IMG/VR virus record: IMGVR_UViG_3300030104_004245 | Coordinates: 57,759 to 121,758 of that record | From: a virus | DNA: 64,000 nt | Reading direction: 5' to 3' (one strand) | In this document: piece by piece, positions 27,597-39,800 of the stretch | Layout: each line of letters starts with the position of its first letter | Position numbering within the stretch: the stretch's first letter is position 1 | Notes under the pieces: model-generated | Told to the model about the DNA's origin: nothing | The model's database searches: none | The model's input: the letters and a program-made list of their open reading frames with translations, nothing else | Program-made: the position numbers and the translations under genes

Positions 27597-30500
27597 TTAT
27601 TTTACCCAGAAGTTTCTTACGGTATCATAACTTTTAAATCTTTCTATTGTATATAGTATTGGTAATGCGTCATACCAATTTTTCTTTACTTTCCATTCAC
27701 CTTTTCTAGCACCTCTTTGATACACATATGTACTGTTTGTATTAAACTTTACAGTATCACCCTTAACCCATGCTATAGTATATGCTGCTGGAGTCATAAC
27801 TGTTGAACCAACTGCTTCAGTTATTTCAGCTACCCATCTAGAAGATGCAAAAGGAGACTTAACTAAATTCCAAGCTTCTTTCCAACCAAACACAGGTACA
27901 AATTGAACAAATTCTCTTTGTTGTCTGTGTAACTGATACAATATTAAATTTTCTAATCTTTTTCTAGTTTTACTTTTATCATCATCATCTTCCCACACTT
28001 TGCTTAATATATCTCTAGTAAGAAGAGATAAACTAATTACAGCAGCTTCTCCTGCTATTTTCCACATGTTCTTCATTCTAACTTGACCTTCAGGTCCGTT
28101 AAAGTAATCTTTCTTTAATGAATTTTTTTCAATATGATTTTTAATTTGATACATATATTTCATGTAGTTCCATAAACTTATATATCTTCCTTCCATCCAT
28201 CCTAAGTTTTCATCAAAGTATGATTTTCTAAATCTTGCATCATAAGCAGGAACAACCCATTTATGAAACTGTGCTGCTAATTGTCCTAACCAATGAGACT
28301 GTATAACCATTCTATCTTCATGAGCATAGTTACCATGAATTTGTTTATTTGTTTCACGTATATAATTTCTTATCTCATATCTAGTTTGATCATTCCATTC
28401 TCTTTCTTCACCAGTTCGGTAGTCAATTACTGAAAATTTATTTCCATCTAGACTTGCTTCTCCATCCTTAGTGTTCCAATTAAATGCATCTAACATTGAC
28501 ATTGTTTCTCCTGTTTCTTTATCTTTAACCATCCATGAGTCTAGAATAGCCATACCAACTTTAGTTTGTACATTATACTCCATACCATCTTGAACTGCAA
28601 ACCCCCATTCAGATGCTCTTCTTAACCAACTTTTTTTATTTGCTGAATCAGGACCTTGCTCACGTAAATCTGACTTTGCATCCATCATTCTAAATAAATC
28701 AACTAATGCTTCATATTTACTTATAGCTTGATGCTTATCATATCTTGTTAATCTACCGGCACCTGTTAAATCATTAAATGCTGTTCTTCCACCAAGTCTG
28801 TGTAATAAGTCAGGAAGCAATCTTTCATTAAATAGTCTTTCTGCTTTATAGTAAGATTCTCTTCTAAAATAATGACCCTGTCCTCTACCAAAAGTTTCAA
28901 CAAAATTATTTAATCTACCAACCATATAGTTATTAATATTACCCCAAGTATTCCAACCAACATAAACAAGAGATGATTTAGATATAAGTTCACCAACAAG
29001 TTTATCCATATATCCTCTAGTTTGCTGATCGTTATCATAATAAACCATATGCATCCATTTTTTTACTCTTGCTATCATTCTTGGCTCTCTAGCTGTACCT
29101 TGTTTTCTAAATGCATCAACTACCTTTCCACCAATTCTTGTGTATATATTTCCATCTGGTTCTCTATATTCTCTTCTTGATATTGTATCAATAAACGCTT
29201 TCATTGTATGCTCAATCTCATACATTGTATCATAGTTTTGAGCCATAGTTCCAAACTTTAAAAGACTATCTGCTAGATCAAGACTAATTTCATCTCTTGA
29301 AGGAGACATTTGAAGTTTTATTATTTGTTCTTTTATTCTTTTTCTTTCTTTATTATATTCTGCCTTTTGTTCTTTACTGTTTAAAGTTCTTCCATCTTTT
29401 CCTTTTAAATTTCCAGAATTCCATTGTTGTTCTAATTCTTTTAATCTTTTATTTAATCCTTCTAAGTATTTTTCTTGTCTAGGTGATCCTGTATAATAAA
29501 TAGGAAGTGAGTCTATAAAGTCTCCATTTTCATTAGTGTATACGTGTTTACTACTACTAGTACTATTTATAAACTGATCCCAAGCTTTCTTTGGATTTAA
29601 TTTTGCAAACAACTTTGCTTTAGCTCCTGTATCAGATTGTGCAAGCTGTTGAGTAAATGTATCTAAAATTAAAGGAAGTCTTCCTGTCATTTGACTTCTG
29701 TCATCTGCAGGAAGCATTTCTAAATACTTATCCCAGTATTGAACATAAGTTAAATAAAAAGTTAATTCAGCTTGCTTTAGTTCATTAGACATATCTGGAT
29801 TAATAATGTCTTCATATCTTTTACTTAATAAACTTTCTCCTGTAGACTTAACAAAATCATTTGCTTCTCTATAATCATTTTTTACAAACCAATCTGTATC
29901 TTTAACAACAGTACCACTTGGATTACCAAACTGATCAGGAATCATTCTGTATATAGTCTTTTTACTCATATACTTATTCCTAAAAGATCTATAGTCATCT
30001 TCTGTAACACCATCTTTTTTTTCCCATCTTTTATATTTTCCTGTAACAATAATTTCTTGAACTTGATTTCTAGCATCTATAAAATCTTGTGTGTAATGGT
30101 GATACTCTCCTTGTTCTGATACACCTTCATCAGTAATTTCTTCTGCATTAAAAAATGCACCAAATTCTTTTTTTATTTGTTTTAGTTTTATATTGTATTT
30201 TACTTCTTCATCTGTTAGCTCTCTGCCATCTTCATAAAGTTTATATTCCATTAAGTTACCTTCAGCATCAAACATTTTTTGCCTTAAACTTTCTTGTAGT
30301 TCCTCATACTCTTCTCCAATTTTTTGAACGTATTGATTTTTAAATTTACCATCTTTATCAAATCTTAACATATATGAATACATTGATTTAGCATCTGTAG
30401 GTAATCCTAATCTTTTACGCACTCTTAATAAATTTCCTGCAGCTCCGCCTATATCTTGAGAATCAATATTTATCCTATCTAAAAGCTCTTGCTTTTTAGC

Positions 30501-33500
30501 TTTCTGCATCTTCTCCATTATCTGAACTAAAGTATCATCTGTAACTGCCAAACTTCTAACAGAAGCGGATATAGCTCCTATATCAGTACCATACTTCATA
30601 ATGTTATCCATTTCTATTCTAGAATCTAACCATTCTTTTTGAGTTTCATTTAAACCATCAATGAACTCTTGCTTTTCTCCAGGTAATAAAGTTTTATATT
30701 CTTCCCAAAGAGGAGCAAAATCTTTTTGTTTTTCTTTTCTTAAAGGTGCTAGCTCAGGTTTAATAGACCATTCTACAATTTTTTCTGATACATAATTATC
30801 TATTGCTTCAGATATTGCACCTGTTGAAACTTGTTCTACCCCGTCTACAATTCTTCTTGTACCATTTAATTTATTAATATTATTTATTAATCTAAATATA
30901 GCATCTTTTGTTTTTGGAGCTAACTTTGAATATATAGATTCTTTATCAGATATCCCATCTGCAATTTTAGATAAACCTGCGTAAGACTCAATTATACTTG
31001 GGTAATTTAATACTTTCCTTATATACTCTTCTTTGTTCCAGTTATCAGGATTCTCAACATATTCATAAAATCTCTCTATTGTAGCAGACGTTTTATTTAA
31101 AATTTCTTGATATCCTTCTTCCATATACTCTTCTTGCTCATTAACAATGTGATTAATTAAATTAACACTTGTTTGAATATCATGAACAATTTCTTGATCT
31201 CCTTCTAATAGCTTTACCTTATCTCTTTCTTTTTGTAGTACATCTCTTTTCTTTATAAGAGTTCCTTGGTGTACCATTAATACATTGTATATTGCATCAT
31301 ATATTATACTTGAATCGGCATCATCTAAAGGAGTTTCAATTCCATCAACAAAGTCTTCACTCATAATACTATCATCAGTTTTATCTTGTTTAGCAAACTC
31401 TTCTGCTTGTTGTACTAATTTTGCATTTGGATTTAAAATAAGAATCTTATCTAATAGATCTCTGTTTTCACTATCTCTATGTAACCTTTGAAGTGGTAAT
31501 CCAAATTTTCCTGAAAATTCTTGTGTTTCTTTGTCTATATTAAAAACATCAGCATGAATATGGATTGTTTCCATTTCATCAAAGTTAACTTTTAATCCAA
31601 GATTAGCAGCTAATCTACCATACATAAATAGTTGCATGCTGTGTTGTTGTTTAGGTGTAAGTTCAAACTGATGAATTTTTGGATCATACTTAACACCTTG
31701 AGCTTTTTCTTTTTTAGTTCTTTCTCTGTAGTTTCCTGTTTTCCAAAATTTACTTTCAGGGCCTACTGCAAAACCTTCAGTTTCATATATTTTTTTTCTT
31801 TTTTTATTTCCAACTACATCGTGCTTACTTACTTTTAAATCTTTAATGCTTACACTTCCGTCTGGTTTAATAATAAAAATATCTGAAGCACCAGCTATTC
31901 CCGCTCTAGTGTCTCCAAGAATTACCTGAGGTACTACAATTGATCTATTATTTTTTTCACTCATTCCTCTGAGGTTTGCAACTAATTGTGACATAGATTG
32001 ATATGCAGCATATAAAGTTCCTTTTTCAGAAAGATATTTAAAATCTAACTTTCCATCATTCATATCTTTTTCAATATCATTAAAGCTTCTGTATAAACTT
32101 ATTTGCCCCATGAGAGTATCAAATTCATTTCCTATATCTCTATTTATAGTAAATCTTTCATCTGGAAGATATAAATCTTTTAATCTTGATCCTGTAGAGT
32201 TTTTTAAATTTTCAATATCTGCTAAAGAATCGTTCAATGCTTTAATTTCATTTATTCTATCTTCTTTAATTTTATACTTTTTTAAAATACTTTTAAAAGT
32301 TTCCCCAGGTTTAACATTGTGTTTTACTTTCATTGTACCTTTAATGATAGTAGTAACAGATTTAAAGTTTTGTTTTGGATCTAATAAATTATTATATGTA
32401 TGAGTCTCTTCATCTAATGTTATTATACCCCCTTCTCCTTTTTCACCAGATACATTATAATTTTCTATCATTTCTTGATGAGCTTCACTTATTTGAGATA
32501 TAACATCTAATGTTCTTTTTTGTTCTGGTGTTGCTCTTTCTTTGTATTTTTTTAATGCTGCAGCCAACTTGGGTTCTAAAGAAAATTTTATTCTTTCTTC
32601 TGCAGGAATAGTTGCTTCTTGTTTTTTAAATGTAAAACCTATATTAGTAGTATTTAATACTTTAGCAATATCAGACAAAGTAGTGTTATAATTAATATCA
32701 CTAACTTTTATTTTTAAATCAGTTCCTGTAAGATATTTAAACCATTCTTTTATTAAGTTTGCAAACCATTTCATAAACTTAAATCCTAGCTGATCCCATT
32801 TTTTTCTTGGTTTATCTGAGTCTTCAATTTCTTTATAGTCTTTTAAAAAGTTTACAGATAATGCTTGAGTAACTAGCTCTCTATTTTGATCTTCTACTCT
32901 AAAACCTTTATCCTCATTATACGTATCTTTAATTTGCTGATGTAAAATAGGAAAACTTAATTTAGCTTCTTCTAATAAATTATCATATAACTTAGGATTG
33001 TCTTTTGCAAGAGCATCAACAAAAGGATGTAATACTTCTTCTACAGCAGAACTATCAGTTATCTTATTGCCTATAAGCATTATCTTATTTGCTTTAGGAT
33101 CATAAAAAGAATTTACTCTTCTCCAGTCTATTTTTTTCTTTTTCTTAACTGTACCCTGTGCAGTATATTCATAAGGAGCATCTGGTCTTTGCTTTGCATC
33201 TAATTTATTATAATATTTTTTAGCTTGTTCTTCAGTAACAAATTCTGTATCTGTTAATGGAAACTTTTTTTGTAGAAAGTTTAGTACGCTCTTTATGTAT
33301 GTTTTATCTTTAGAAGGTTCAGTAGATATAACATCTTTATTTCTAATTTGAGAAGGATCTAATTTAAAGATGAAAGTTTTTCCATTTTTCATAAAGATAG
33401 CAGCATTAGTATTAACACCCCATAGCTGCAATTGTTTTAATATTCTAATTCTATGATTGTCAGCAACTTTAGCACTTCCTTTAAATTCATACTTTTGATT

Positions 33501-33809
33501 TCCTAAATATCTCAACCTCATACTTTTATCTGTACTATTAACAGTAAAGTTATTGGTACCACCTATTCTTCTTATAAGCTTTTGTCTTCTTAAGTTAGAA
33601 TATAATGCGTCAATATATTTTTGTTTCCTTATAGAAAATAATATTCTTTTTTCTTCTAAATATTCTTCAACCTGATCAATAGATGGGTATATTTCTACAT
33701 TGTTTTGATTTTGCCAATCTTCAATTATAGAGTCAACTAATATAGGAGAACCATATTTGTTTTCTAAATTTTTATAAGCTTCCGTATTTCTATTAAAACA
33801 TTTTGCCAT
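27597..33809 (-). CDS. Large virion (ejection/polyvalent) protein with degenerate zincin-like, LysM-like and PD-(D/E)XK-like domains
   Basis: VEEVLHPFV...ELVTQAL; HNVKPGETFKSILKKY...IKALN...LYLP; AGASDIFII...IKDLKVS...HSMQLFMY; helical C-terminal region with QFHKW. Confidence 0.75.
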   Translation of the reverse strand: MAKCFNRNTEAYKNLENKYGSPILVDSIIEDWQNQNNVEIYPSIDQVEEYLEEKRILFSIRKQKYIDALYSNLRRQKLIRRIGGTNNFTVNSTDKSMRLRYLGNQKYEFKGSAKVADNHRIRILKQLQLWGVNTNAAIFMKNGKTFIFKLDPSQIRNKDVISTEPSKDKTYIKSVLNFLQKKFPLTDTEFVTEEQAKKYYNKLDAKQRPDAPYEYTAQGTVKKKKKIDWRRVNSFYDPKANKIMLIGNKITDSSAVEEVLHPFVDALAKDNPKLYDNLLEEAKLSFPILHQQIKDTYNEDKGFRVEDQNRELVTQALSVNFLKDYKEIEDSDKPRKKWDQLGFKFMKWFANLIKEWFKYLTGTDLKIKVSDINYNTTLSDIAKVLNTTNIGFTFKKQEATIPAEERIKFSLEPKLAAALKKYKERATPEQKRTLDVISQISEAHQEMIENYNVSGEKGEGGIITLDEETHTYNNLLDPKQNFKSVTTIIKGTMKVKHNVKPGETFKSILKKYKIKEDRINEIKALNDSLADIENLKNSTGSRLKDLYLPDERFTINRDIGNEFDTLMGQISLYRSFNDIEKDMNDGKLDFKYLSEKGTLYAAYQSMSQLVANLRGMSEKNNRSIVVPQVILGDTRAGIAGASDIFIIKPDGSVSIKDLKVSKHDVVGNKKRKKIYETEGFAVGPESKFWKTGNYRERTKKEKAQGVKYDPKIHQFELTPKQQHSMQLFMYGRLAANLGLKVNFDEMETIHIHADVFNIDKETQEFSGKFGLPLQRLHRDSENRDLLDKILILNPNAKLVQQAEEFAKQDKTDDSIMSEDFVDGIETPLDDADSSIIYDAIYNVLMVHQGTLIKKRDVLQKERDKVKLLEGDQEIVHDIQTSVNLINHIVNEQEEYMEEGYQEILNKTSATIERFYEYVENPDNWNKEEYIRKVLNYPSIIESYAGLSKIADGISDKESIYSKLAPKTKDAIFRLINNINKLNGTRRIVDGVEQVSTGAISEAIDNYVSEKIVEWSIKPELAPLRKEKQKDFAPLWEEYKTLLPGEKQEFIDGLNETQKEWLDSRIEMDNIMKYGTDIGAISASVRSLAVTDDTLVQIMEKMQKAKKQELLDRINIDSQDIGGAAGNLLRVRKRLGLPTDAKSMYSYMLRFDKDGKFKNQYVQKIGEEYEELQESLRQKMFDAEGNLMEYKLYEDGRELTDEEVKYNIKLKQIKKEFGAFFNAEEITDEGVSEQGEYHHYTQDFIDARNQVQEIIVTGKYKRWEKKDGVTEDDYRSFRNKYMSKKTIYRMIPDQFGNPSGTVVKDTDWFVKNDYREANDFVKSTGESLLSKRYEDIINPDMSNELKQAELTFYLTYVQYWDKYLEMLPADDRSQMTGRLPLILDTFTQQLAQSDTGAKAKLFAKLNPKKAWDQFINSTSSSKHVYTNENGDFIDSLPIYYTGSPRQEKYLEGLNKRLKELEQQWNSGNLKGKDGRTLNSKEQKAEYNKERKRIKEQIIKLQMSPSRDEISLDLADSLLKFGTMAQNYDTMYEIEHTMKAFIDTISRREYREPDGNIYTRIGGKVVDAFRKQGTAREPRMIARVKKWMHMVYYDNDQQTRGYMDKLVGELISKSSLVYVGWNTWGNINNYMVGRLNNFVETFGRGQGHYFRRESYYKAERLFNERLLPDLLHRLGGRTAFNDLTGAGRLTRYDKHQAISKYEALVDLFRMMDAKSDLREQGPDSANKKSWLRRASEWGFAVQDGMEYNVQTKVGMAILDSWMVKDKETGETMSMLDAFNWNTKDGEASLDGNKFSVIDYRTGEEREWNDQTRYEIRNYIRETNKQIHGNYAHEDRMVIQSHWLGQLAAQFHKWVVPAYDARFRKSYFDENLGWMEGRYISLWNYMKYMYQIKNHIEKNSLKKDYFNGPEGQVRMKNMWKIAGEAAVISLSLLTRDILSKVWEDDDDKSKTRKRLENLILYQLHRQQREFVQFVPVFGWKEAWNLVKSPFASSRWVAEITEAVGSTVMTPAAYTIAWVKGDTVKFNTNSTYVYQRGARKGEWKVKKNWYDALPILYTIERFKSYDTVRNFWVK

Positions 33810-36800
33810 TACTTACATTTCTTTTTTATTTCTTTCATAAAATCTTCTAAATCCATTTCGTTATATATCTCTATATATCTATCAAATCCTTCTTTAAGTT
33901 CTTTTAAAGTAACTTTTTTAATCCCTAAGTTTCCTTTTATGTTTTCTATATTTTCTGTAGATAAGTTTTTTAATTGCTCATTAAAAAAGTCTGTTATCAT
34001 TTTATCATCTACAATATCTTCTTCTTCATAAAATATATCTTCTGCATCATCATCATAATCCATTTCATCTCCAACCTCATCCATGCTTAAACTTTGTACA
34101 GACTCATCTACATTTTCAGGATCTGTTGTTGTTAAATCATTTTCTGATGAATCGTTTGCATCATCCCATGTAGCTTCATCATCTGCTTCATCCATAGATA
34201 GCCTGTTTGCTTTATCTTCTAAGGATTCAAACTCATTCATTGTACCATCTTTCTTAAGACTGTCAATATATTTTTTAATTTCTTCATATGCAGGAAGCTG
34301 ACCATCTAATACATGTGAAGTAGAAAATGTTGATGTACTTCCCACCGGTTTATATTCTATATATTTAAACCTTGTTCCAAATATATTCCCTCCTCTTTTT
34401 TTAATTTCTTCATTATCTATATCATAAATATTATTCATGTTTATACCTAAAGGTGTATCAATTTCTGCTAAGATAAAAGTTTTTCTTCTATACTCTCCTG
34501 ATTCAGTATATTTTTTTGGTATATCTAATTTAAAAACTATAGGAGCTCCTATAAGTTTAACACTTTGAGTGCCTTTTGATCCTGGAGCAATAACATTTGT
34601 ACTACTAAATATTGGTTTATTAGAAGATTGTGCTTTAAGTATTTTTTCAATATTATCATTTATCCTTTCTTGGTTTTCTATTTCTAAACGTTTTAATTTT
34701 TTATACTGATCTTTTTTAGGAACATATCCTATACTATCATTTCCTTTTATATTTTTCAAAATGTTTATTTCTAATTCAGCCAATTTATATTCATCTTCAG
34801 ATGCGTTTTGATAATTGTTTTTAGCATCATAAACTATTGGTTCTTGCTCACCTAAGAATTGTCTTCCTGCTTTTTCAGTTTCTCTTTGTCTAGTTTCTAT
34901 ATCCCATCCAAATGCATATATTAATTTGTTTCTTAAATACGCATAAGTTTTTGGACTTTGTTCTTTTACAGACTTTAACCTATTAACATAAGGACCTTCA
35001 GTATAAAATACAACATCTTTACCATACCTTACTATATCATTTATTATTGTATCAAAAAAATCTTTGTTATCATTTAATGAATCATCTGACCAATACCTAC
35101 CTTTTTCAAACATTACTGGAATTTGAATAATATCTCCTGTAAGTTTATCTCCAAGCACTTTTTCTAATCTATGTTCTCCAGTACTTACACCTTCAAATAC
35201 ATGAAGTTTTTTACCAGTATTTATTGAAGGTAATATATTATCCCAATTACCTTTACCTTTTACAACTTCAATGTTTTCATCTTTTAGTTGACTTGGTACA
35301 ACATTCTCATAACTTACAAAGTATTCTTTTCTTTCTGTTTGACTATTATACTTTGATCCAATTAAAGGTTTAATATATTTTTGAGTATTTATATGTTTAT
35401 AAAATCCAACAGTTAAATCTTCAATCAAAGCTTTTTTAGTCATCCCTTTACCAAATACATTTTCAAATGCTGCATCTGTTTGTGCTGTTGATTTAAATAA
35501 CTGATGTACAGTTTCTAAAACTCCTGTGTTTGCATCTATAATATCTCTATATAATATTGGTAAAATAGCTTGCATGAATGAACCTCTAGAAAATTGCATT
35601 CCGTCTTTTACAATAGAGTAGTTTACAAGAGCTTGTGCATCTTGCATTGTGTGAGGATCTTCAAACAATAATAATAAATCTCTTTGCATATCTTGAAGGT
35701 AATCATCATGTACTTCTGCAAATGAATTAAATTCAAGTAAATCTAATCCTGTCTTGTTAGATCTGTTAGATCTTGTTTTTACAAATAAACCATCAATAAA
35801 TGTATTCTTTTTATTATTTTCATTTAAGTATTTTGTAATTTTATCATATGCTTCAATGGCTTTATAACCACCTACTTGATCATATATTAATCCATTATTT
35901 AAAGATGCTTTAACCATAGCACCATTAGTTTGTTGTGTATCTAAATAATTTTTATAAGCTTTAATCATTAGATAACTAACTATATCTTTACTATTCTTAT
36001 CAATAAACTCTTCTTTATCATAAACATATAATTGTGAGTTTATTTTATTTTGAATATCTTTAAATGTATCTGTAAATGCAAGATGTAATGCAGGTAAAAC
36101 ATTGTCATTTATATCATTAAATATATCCCAATACATGTGATACATATTAGAAAAACCTTCTTTAGATTTGTATTTAAATATAGGTCTAACATCAAACGGA
36201 ATCTTATGTTTGCTCATTTCTTTATCATTCATTTCAACACCCAAATACTCTGCAGCTTCTGTAAATTTATTTATATCAGCTTGATTTGTACCAGTACCTG
36301 CTGTTAATGAAAGCATTGTTGATAAGTTTCTTATTGCTTCAGCAAATTCATCTGCAATCATCCACTGATTTAGTATAGCTAATTCTCTACGTATTAAAGC
36401 TTCTGCATTTTCTTTTTCTGTTATATCAGAAAGTTCATATAGATTAAGATCTATCTGTTCTTGTAGGTTTGATAATAATACACTAGTATTTTCCATTTCA
36501 TTTGTTCTTGCTTTCTTTAAAGCTTTTTTTCTTTTTTCTGAAGCGTTTTCAGGCATATTAGCATTTAATAAAGATTTTATTCTTTCTTCAACTAATTTTG
36601 TAGTTCCTGGGTCATAAAAACTAGCCTTATCTGTATAACCTGCTCTATATGCTACTCTAATGCTTGGTTGTTGTACCATTAATAATGATGTGTCAATATC
36701 AACACCCATAGCAATTAAAGTTCCAACAAGTCCTAATGCCTTCTTGTTTAGGTTATGTTTATGAGCTAATCTATCTTTTGCATTATCTACAATAACACTT

Positions 36801-39800
36801 ACTAATGCTGAAACTAAATATTGAGTTCTATATCCTGTTTTATCAATCTTACCTGTATCAGGATTTATTGAATATCTATTGTTAAACACTGCTCCTTTAA
36901 ATTTATAATTATTAAAGTTTAATGGAGATTGATTTTTATGAACAGAAATATTAAACTTACCTAAAGTATTAAAGCTAATATTACTTAATGCTATTGCTCC
37001 AATAGAATTTATTGCAATATGATTAGCATCCCATGATAATATTTTTCCTAATATATCATTAATATCTAAACCTTCTTCTTTTACAATTTCTTTTATTGAT
37101 GGAAAAGCATTTGAAATTTTTTCCCAAGCTATGTCAAAAGGTGTGTTAACAGCAGGTTCATAAGCAATTGGAACAGTTCTTCCTTCTTGTACTTCTGTTA
37201 TTCCTTTATTTCCCAGTAATGCATATTTTAAATCTAATATTTTATTATCTAATGCAGCCTTATAAGGTTCTGGAGTATTATCTATTTGACCTATAGATTC
37301 TTTTCTATTTTTTTTCCATTCTTTATATTCTTTGAAGTTTTTAGGTAAATTTAAAATCTCAAGAGATCCTTGTATCATAGAATCATCTTCCATATATTTT
37401 AATATTTCTTCCCTTGTATAATTTTCATCTGGAATAATAACATGTTCATAGTAATCTTCAAAAGCTTTTTCTTCTCTATTATACCAAAAACCTTTTGCAT
37501 TAGCATATTCTCTTTTAGATCTTTCTTCATTAAAATCTTCTAAGTCAAATCTTTTTATATATTGTTTAGCTCTAGGAGACCATTGTTTAGTAGCAGCCCA
37601 AACAAACCACATTTTTTCTAGCTCTCCTGAAGTATATACAGGCTTAACTTCTTCTTCTTTCTGAGCCATTTTATTAGACTTCCATGTTTGTATAGCATAA
37701 TGCATGTCATGCTTTTTATTTTTAGTATTACCAAACATGTATCTCATATAATCATAATACTTATCTTTTTCTTTTGTAGCATCACCATATCTATGAAAAC
37801 CTAGTTCATCATAATAGAAATCTGACATTTGTGCATAAATTTTATCAATATCAAAGTCAGATCCTGATATCTCTATTAACTCATATGCTGTCATTATAGT
37901 TGAACTATACATTGGTGGTAAGAAATCTACAATTTTTATATTAGCTGCAGAGTGTTTATCTTGTGTAGGAATACGTATAGCAAATGCTTTTGAAAATACT
38001 GATGGTAAAGGGTCTTCAGGTTTAATATTAATAGCTGAAGAATGATGAGCAGCCATCATTGATTCCATATATTTTCTATCTAATTTTTTACCTTTCTCAT
38101 CATACTCTTCTATATTAGCTCTAAGTCTATCTAAAACTATTTCACCTGGACTTACTTGATAATCATTAGGAAGCATTGATACATTGGTCATATCTTTTAA
38201 TGCTGGAGCTGTTCCCTCATCAAACTTTTTATCCCATTCATCCATTCTCATTATTTTAGCTTTTCCAAGTATAGCTATTCCATCTTTATCTATAGAATTT
38301 TTATCAAACACTCTAATGATTCTACCTTCATCTGGCATAAGAGCTGCAGCAACACCAGGTTGTCTTTCTGCTGTAACACCTTTTGTAAAAAAGTTTAAAG
38401 TAAACTTTAGAAAATCACCCATTGCTTCTGGGTTATTAAGATTAAATTTAGGATTTCCTTGCTCATCAACGTCAAACATTTCTAGCATATGGGATTTAGC
38501 TTGACTTGCTGCTAAAGATATTCTAGCATATTTTATAAATGCTGTTAACTTTGGTGTAAGTTGATCAGCGTGTTTACTTTTTTCTATTTCATTAACTACT
38601 TGAGAAAAAGTTAAATTCTTTTTACCTAGATACCCAGCCAATATTCTATTAGCTGTAGTTTTTTGATATGCTCCTCTTATGTCTCCAACTTTATAAGCTA
38701 TAGGATCTTCTGATCCAACCCAAACTTTTACATCATCAGATTGCTCAGAATCAATTAAAGCTTTTATTTGTCTTGGGTCTACAATTTCTGTTTTACCTCC
38801 TGGATTACGTACTTGTAAACCTAACCAACTAGCATCTAATTCTGTATATTGATCTTCATTAAGTTCTACATTATCAAATACATTTTTAACATCTAGTAGT
38901 TTTGGTTTAATAGTTTTTAATGCTGATCTTGGAACAACCATTGCAACTGCATCTGGATACTTAGCTTCTTGTGCTTCTAATTTTTCTAACAGATTATGAA
39001 GTCTTACCATTTGAGGTTTAGCTACCCAACTTTTATTTTTCTTATCCCATTTAGATGTAAGTTGTCTACTTAATATAAACGAAGCTGTTTTAATCATTAT
39101 TCCATCAGAACCTCTATAAACATACTTCTTAGCATTAATCATTGCTCCTAAATGTTTTAATCCTTGTTTTTTAGTTACAGTTCCTAAAAATTCTGTTAAG
39201 TTTATATCTTCACCTTTTCTTACTTTCTCCATCATTTTCTTTACAACCGGTGTTCTATATCCCATTGCATACCATGTTGCCTCAAAAGCTTTTGGAGTCA
39301 TCCATGTACCAGCATCACCTCTTTCTGCTGATTGCTCTTCTATCTTACCTTCTTTAGTTAGCTTTTGATCAACTATATATTTTTTTGTATACATCTCATC
39401 ATTCCAAGCAAACATGTGAACTTTTTTAACTGGAGCATTTACACCTTGATCTATTGTTGCATTTTTATCTGTAAATTCTGCACCTGCATTTTCAAAACCT
39501 GCAACTTTAGATTTACCTCTTTTAATAGGATCTTTAATAGGGTCTCCATATAACCTTTCTTGTCTTTGTTCTTCAAGAGTTCTATTTAAAGCTATACCCA
39601 TTAATCTTTCAGAAAAAACTATTTGTCTATAGTTATATTGCGGATTGTCATTAAGATTTAATTTAGACATGGCTAAATCTAAACCTTTATTGTTTTGTTC
39701 TTTTCCGTGATTTGTAAGATTATCTTTAAGTCTTGCATTGATTCTATCAAGCATGTTATTTTCAAGAAGATATGAGTATAAATCTTCATATCCTGATTCT

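Noticed and set aside
33025-33050. Active metalloprotease in the 2070-aa protein
   Set aside because: The motif reads EEVLH rather than HExxH, so the first zinc ligand is missing; treated as a degenerate zincin-like domain.
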